IMG/VR virus record: IMGVR_UViG_3300009104_001476
Direction: 5' to 3' (one strand)
Length of the DNA stretch: 64,000 nucleotides
Source: a virus
This document shows, piece by piece, positions 63,122 through 64,000 of the stretch. Each line of letters starts with the position of its first letter. Position 1 is the first letter of the stretch. The notes under the pieces were generated by a model. The model was not told the DNA's origin. It did not search any database and worked only from the letters and a program-made list of their open reading frames with translations. The position numbers and the translations under genes are program-made.

Positions 63122-64000
63122 ATGAGAAATGCAAGATCAAAGTCTACTTTTAGGCCTAGGTGGAGGCGAAGGATTGCAGGAAAAGCAGGAGGTCAGGCTT
63201 ATCCGATTTTAAAATCCGTCACGTCTTCGACCGGAGATTTCATTTATGATCCTGAGGTCTCTGCTTGGGCAAAAAGAGTTAATTCTGCAGGAGGATCCGT
63301 ATCTAATAGTTGCCTAGAGGCTTCTAGCGCTTTCATTAGGACGATCAAAAATCAGCCGGGCTTAAGACAAAAAATCAAAAGGTTAAATCTCTTTTGTGGC
63401 TCAAATCTAGACTCCTCTTTAATGCCTCTGATCATTGACGAAGGGCCTACTCAGGACATTAACCATAATTTTGCATCAACAGAATACTCAGAAAAGTCTG
63501 GGATTAAAAATTCAACAGCTTCTGGAAATAAATATTTAGATACAGGTCTCGATCTTTCGTGGTCCGCTGTTGGCCTAACTTTTAATGATGCTCATATAGC
63601 AATTAGCACCTTGGGAGCGAATACTTCTTCTTCTTACAAAGAATGGATAGGTAGGGATCACTTCTCCCTAGGATCTAACAAAGAAAACAGAAAACTTCAA
63701 TTTAGGGTGGGAGAACATACAATTTATGCTGATAATCCAAACCCTCAACAAGGAGCTTGTATGGGGTTTTATCTAGGTAATTGCTGGTGGGGGGACGTAA
63801 GTCTTCGTTTAAATAATAGATCATTAGAAAATATAAACGTCTCTAATAATTCCCCCAGCAACGCTGATTTGTCTCAAAATTTTCATATATTTAAAAGGAA
63901 TACAGCTTATTCAGCCCCTGATGATTTCGATCAAACAGTAAACTTTTATTCAATAGGCTTAGGTTTAAGCGATTCTGAAGCAACAGTTTTATACGATGCT
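63122..64000 (+). CDS. virion protein, 3'-truncated by the window
   Basis: Frame from ATG 63122 (MRNARSKSTF...DPEVSAWAKRV); only the first ~100 codons were checked by hand. Confidence 0.55.
   Translation, partial: MRNARSKSTFRPRWRRRIAGKAGGQAYPILKSVTSSTGDFIYDPEVSAWAKRVNSAGGSVSNSCLEASSAFIRTIKNQPGLRQKIKRLNLFCGSNLDSSLMPLIIDEGPTQDINHNFASTEYSEKSGIKNSTASGNKYLDTGLDLSWSAVGLTFNDAHIAISTLGANTSSSYKEWIGRDHFSLGSNKENRKLQFRVGEHTIYADNPNPQQGACMGFYLGNCWWGDVSLRLNNRSLENINVSNNSPSNADLSQNFHIFKRNTAYSAPDDFDQTVNFYSIGLGLSDSEATVLYDA

Noticed and set aside
1-64000. Stop-codon reassignment (alternative genetic code)
   Set aside because: Large genes are intact in the standard code, TAA, TAG and TGA all end genes, and the only tRNA is an ordinary Leu(UAA).

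Overview
A 64 kb piece of a large, AT-rich tailed dsDNA phage genome; the host cannot be identified from the window. About 1-16 kb holds DNA-metabolism and regulatory genes: a GT-A glycosyltransferase, an OGG-type DNA glycosylase, an ATP-dependent ligase, a sigma70-like factor, tRNA-Leu(UAA), an HNH nuclease, rIIA/rIIB and a RuvB-like ATPase. About 16.4-27.7 kb holds a ~480 nt unexplained structured RNA, then a mosaic of small early-type gene cassettes. The cassettes are separated by three repeated promoter classes, 8 copies of a ~44 bp pseudo-palindrome and DnaA-type boxes. About 27.9-64 kb is the late/morphogenesis arm: GT25 and two sulfotransferases, PhoH, ClpP, Cys-rich peptides, an ECF-like sigma, an ERCC4 nuclease, terminase, portal, a tubulin/FtsZ homologue, prohead protease/scaffold, major capsid, and YHYH, Thr/Pro-rich and collagen-like proteins. 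The standout is at 57.38-57.72 kb: a stand-alone, ORF-less group I ribozyme whose P1 substrate (5' splice site) appears to lie downstream of its 3' splice site. This looks like a natural permuted group I intron predicted to splice out a 76 nt rod-like circular RNA. All product calls rest on motifs read by eye and all RNA helices were paired by hand; no database search or folding program was run.
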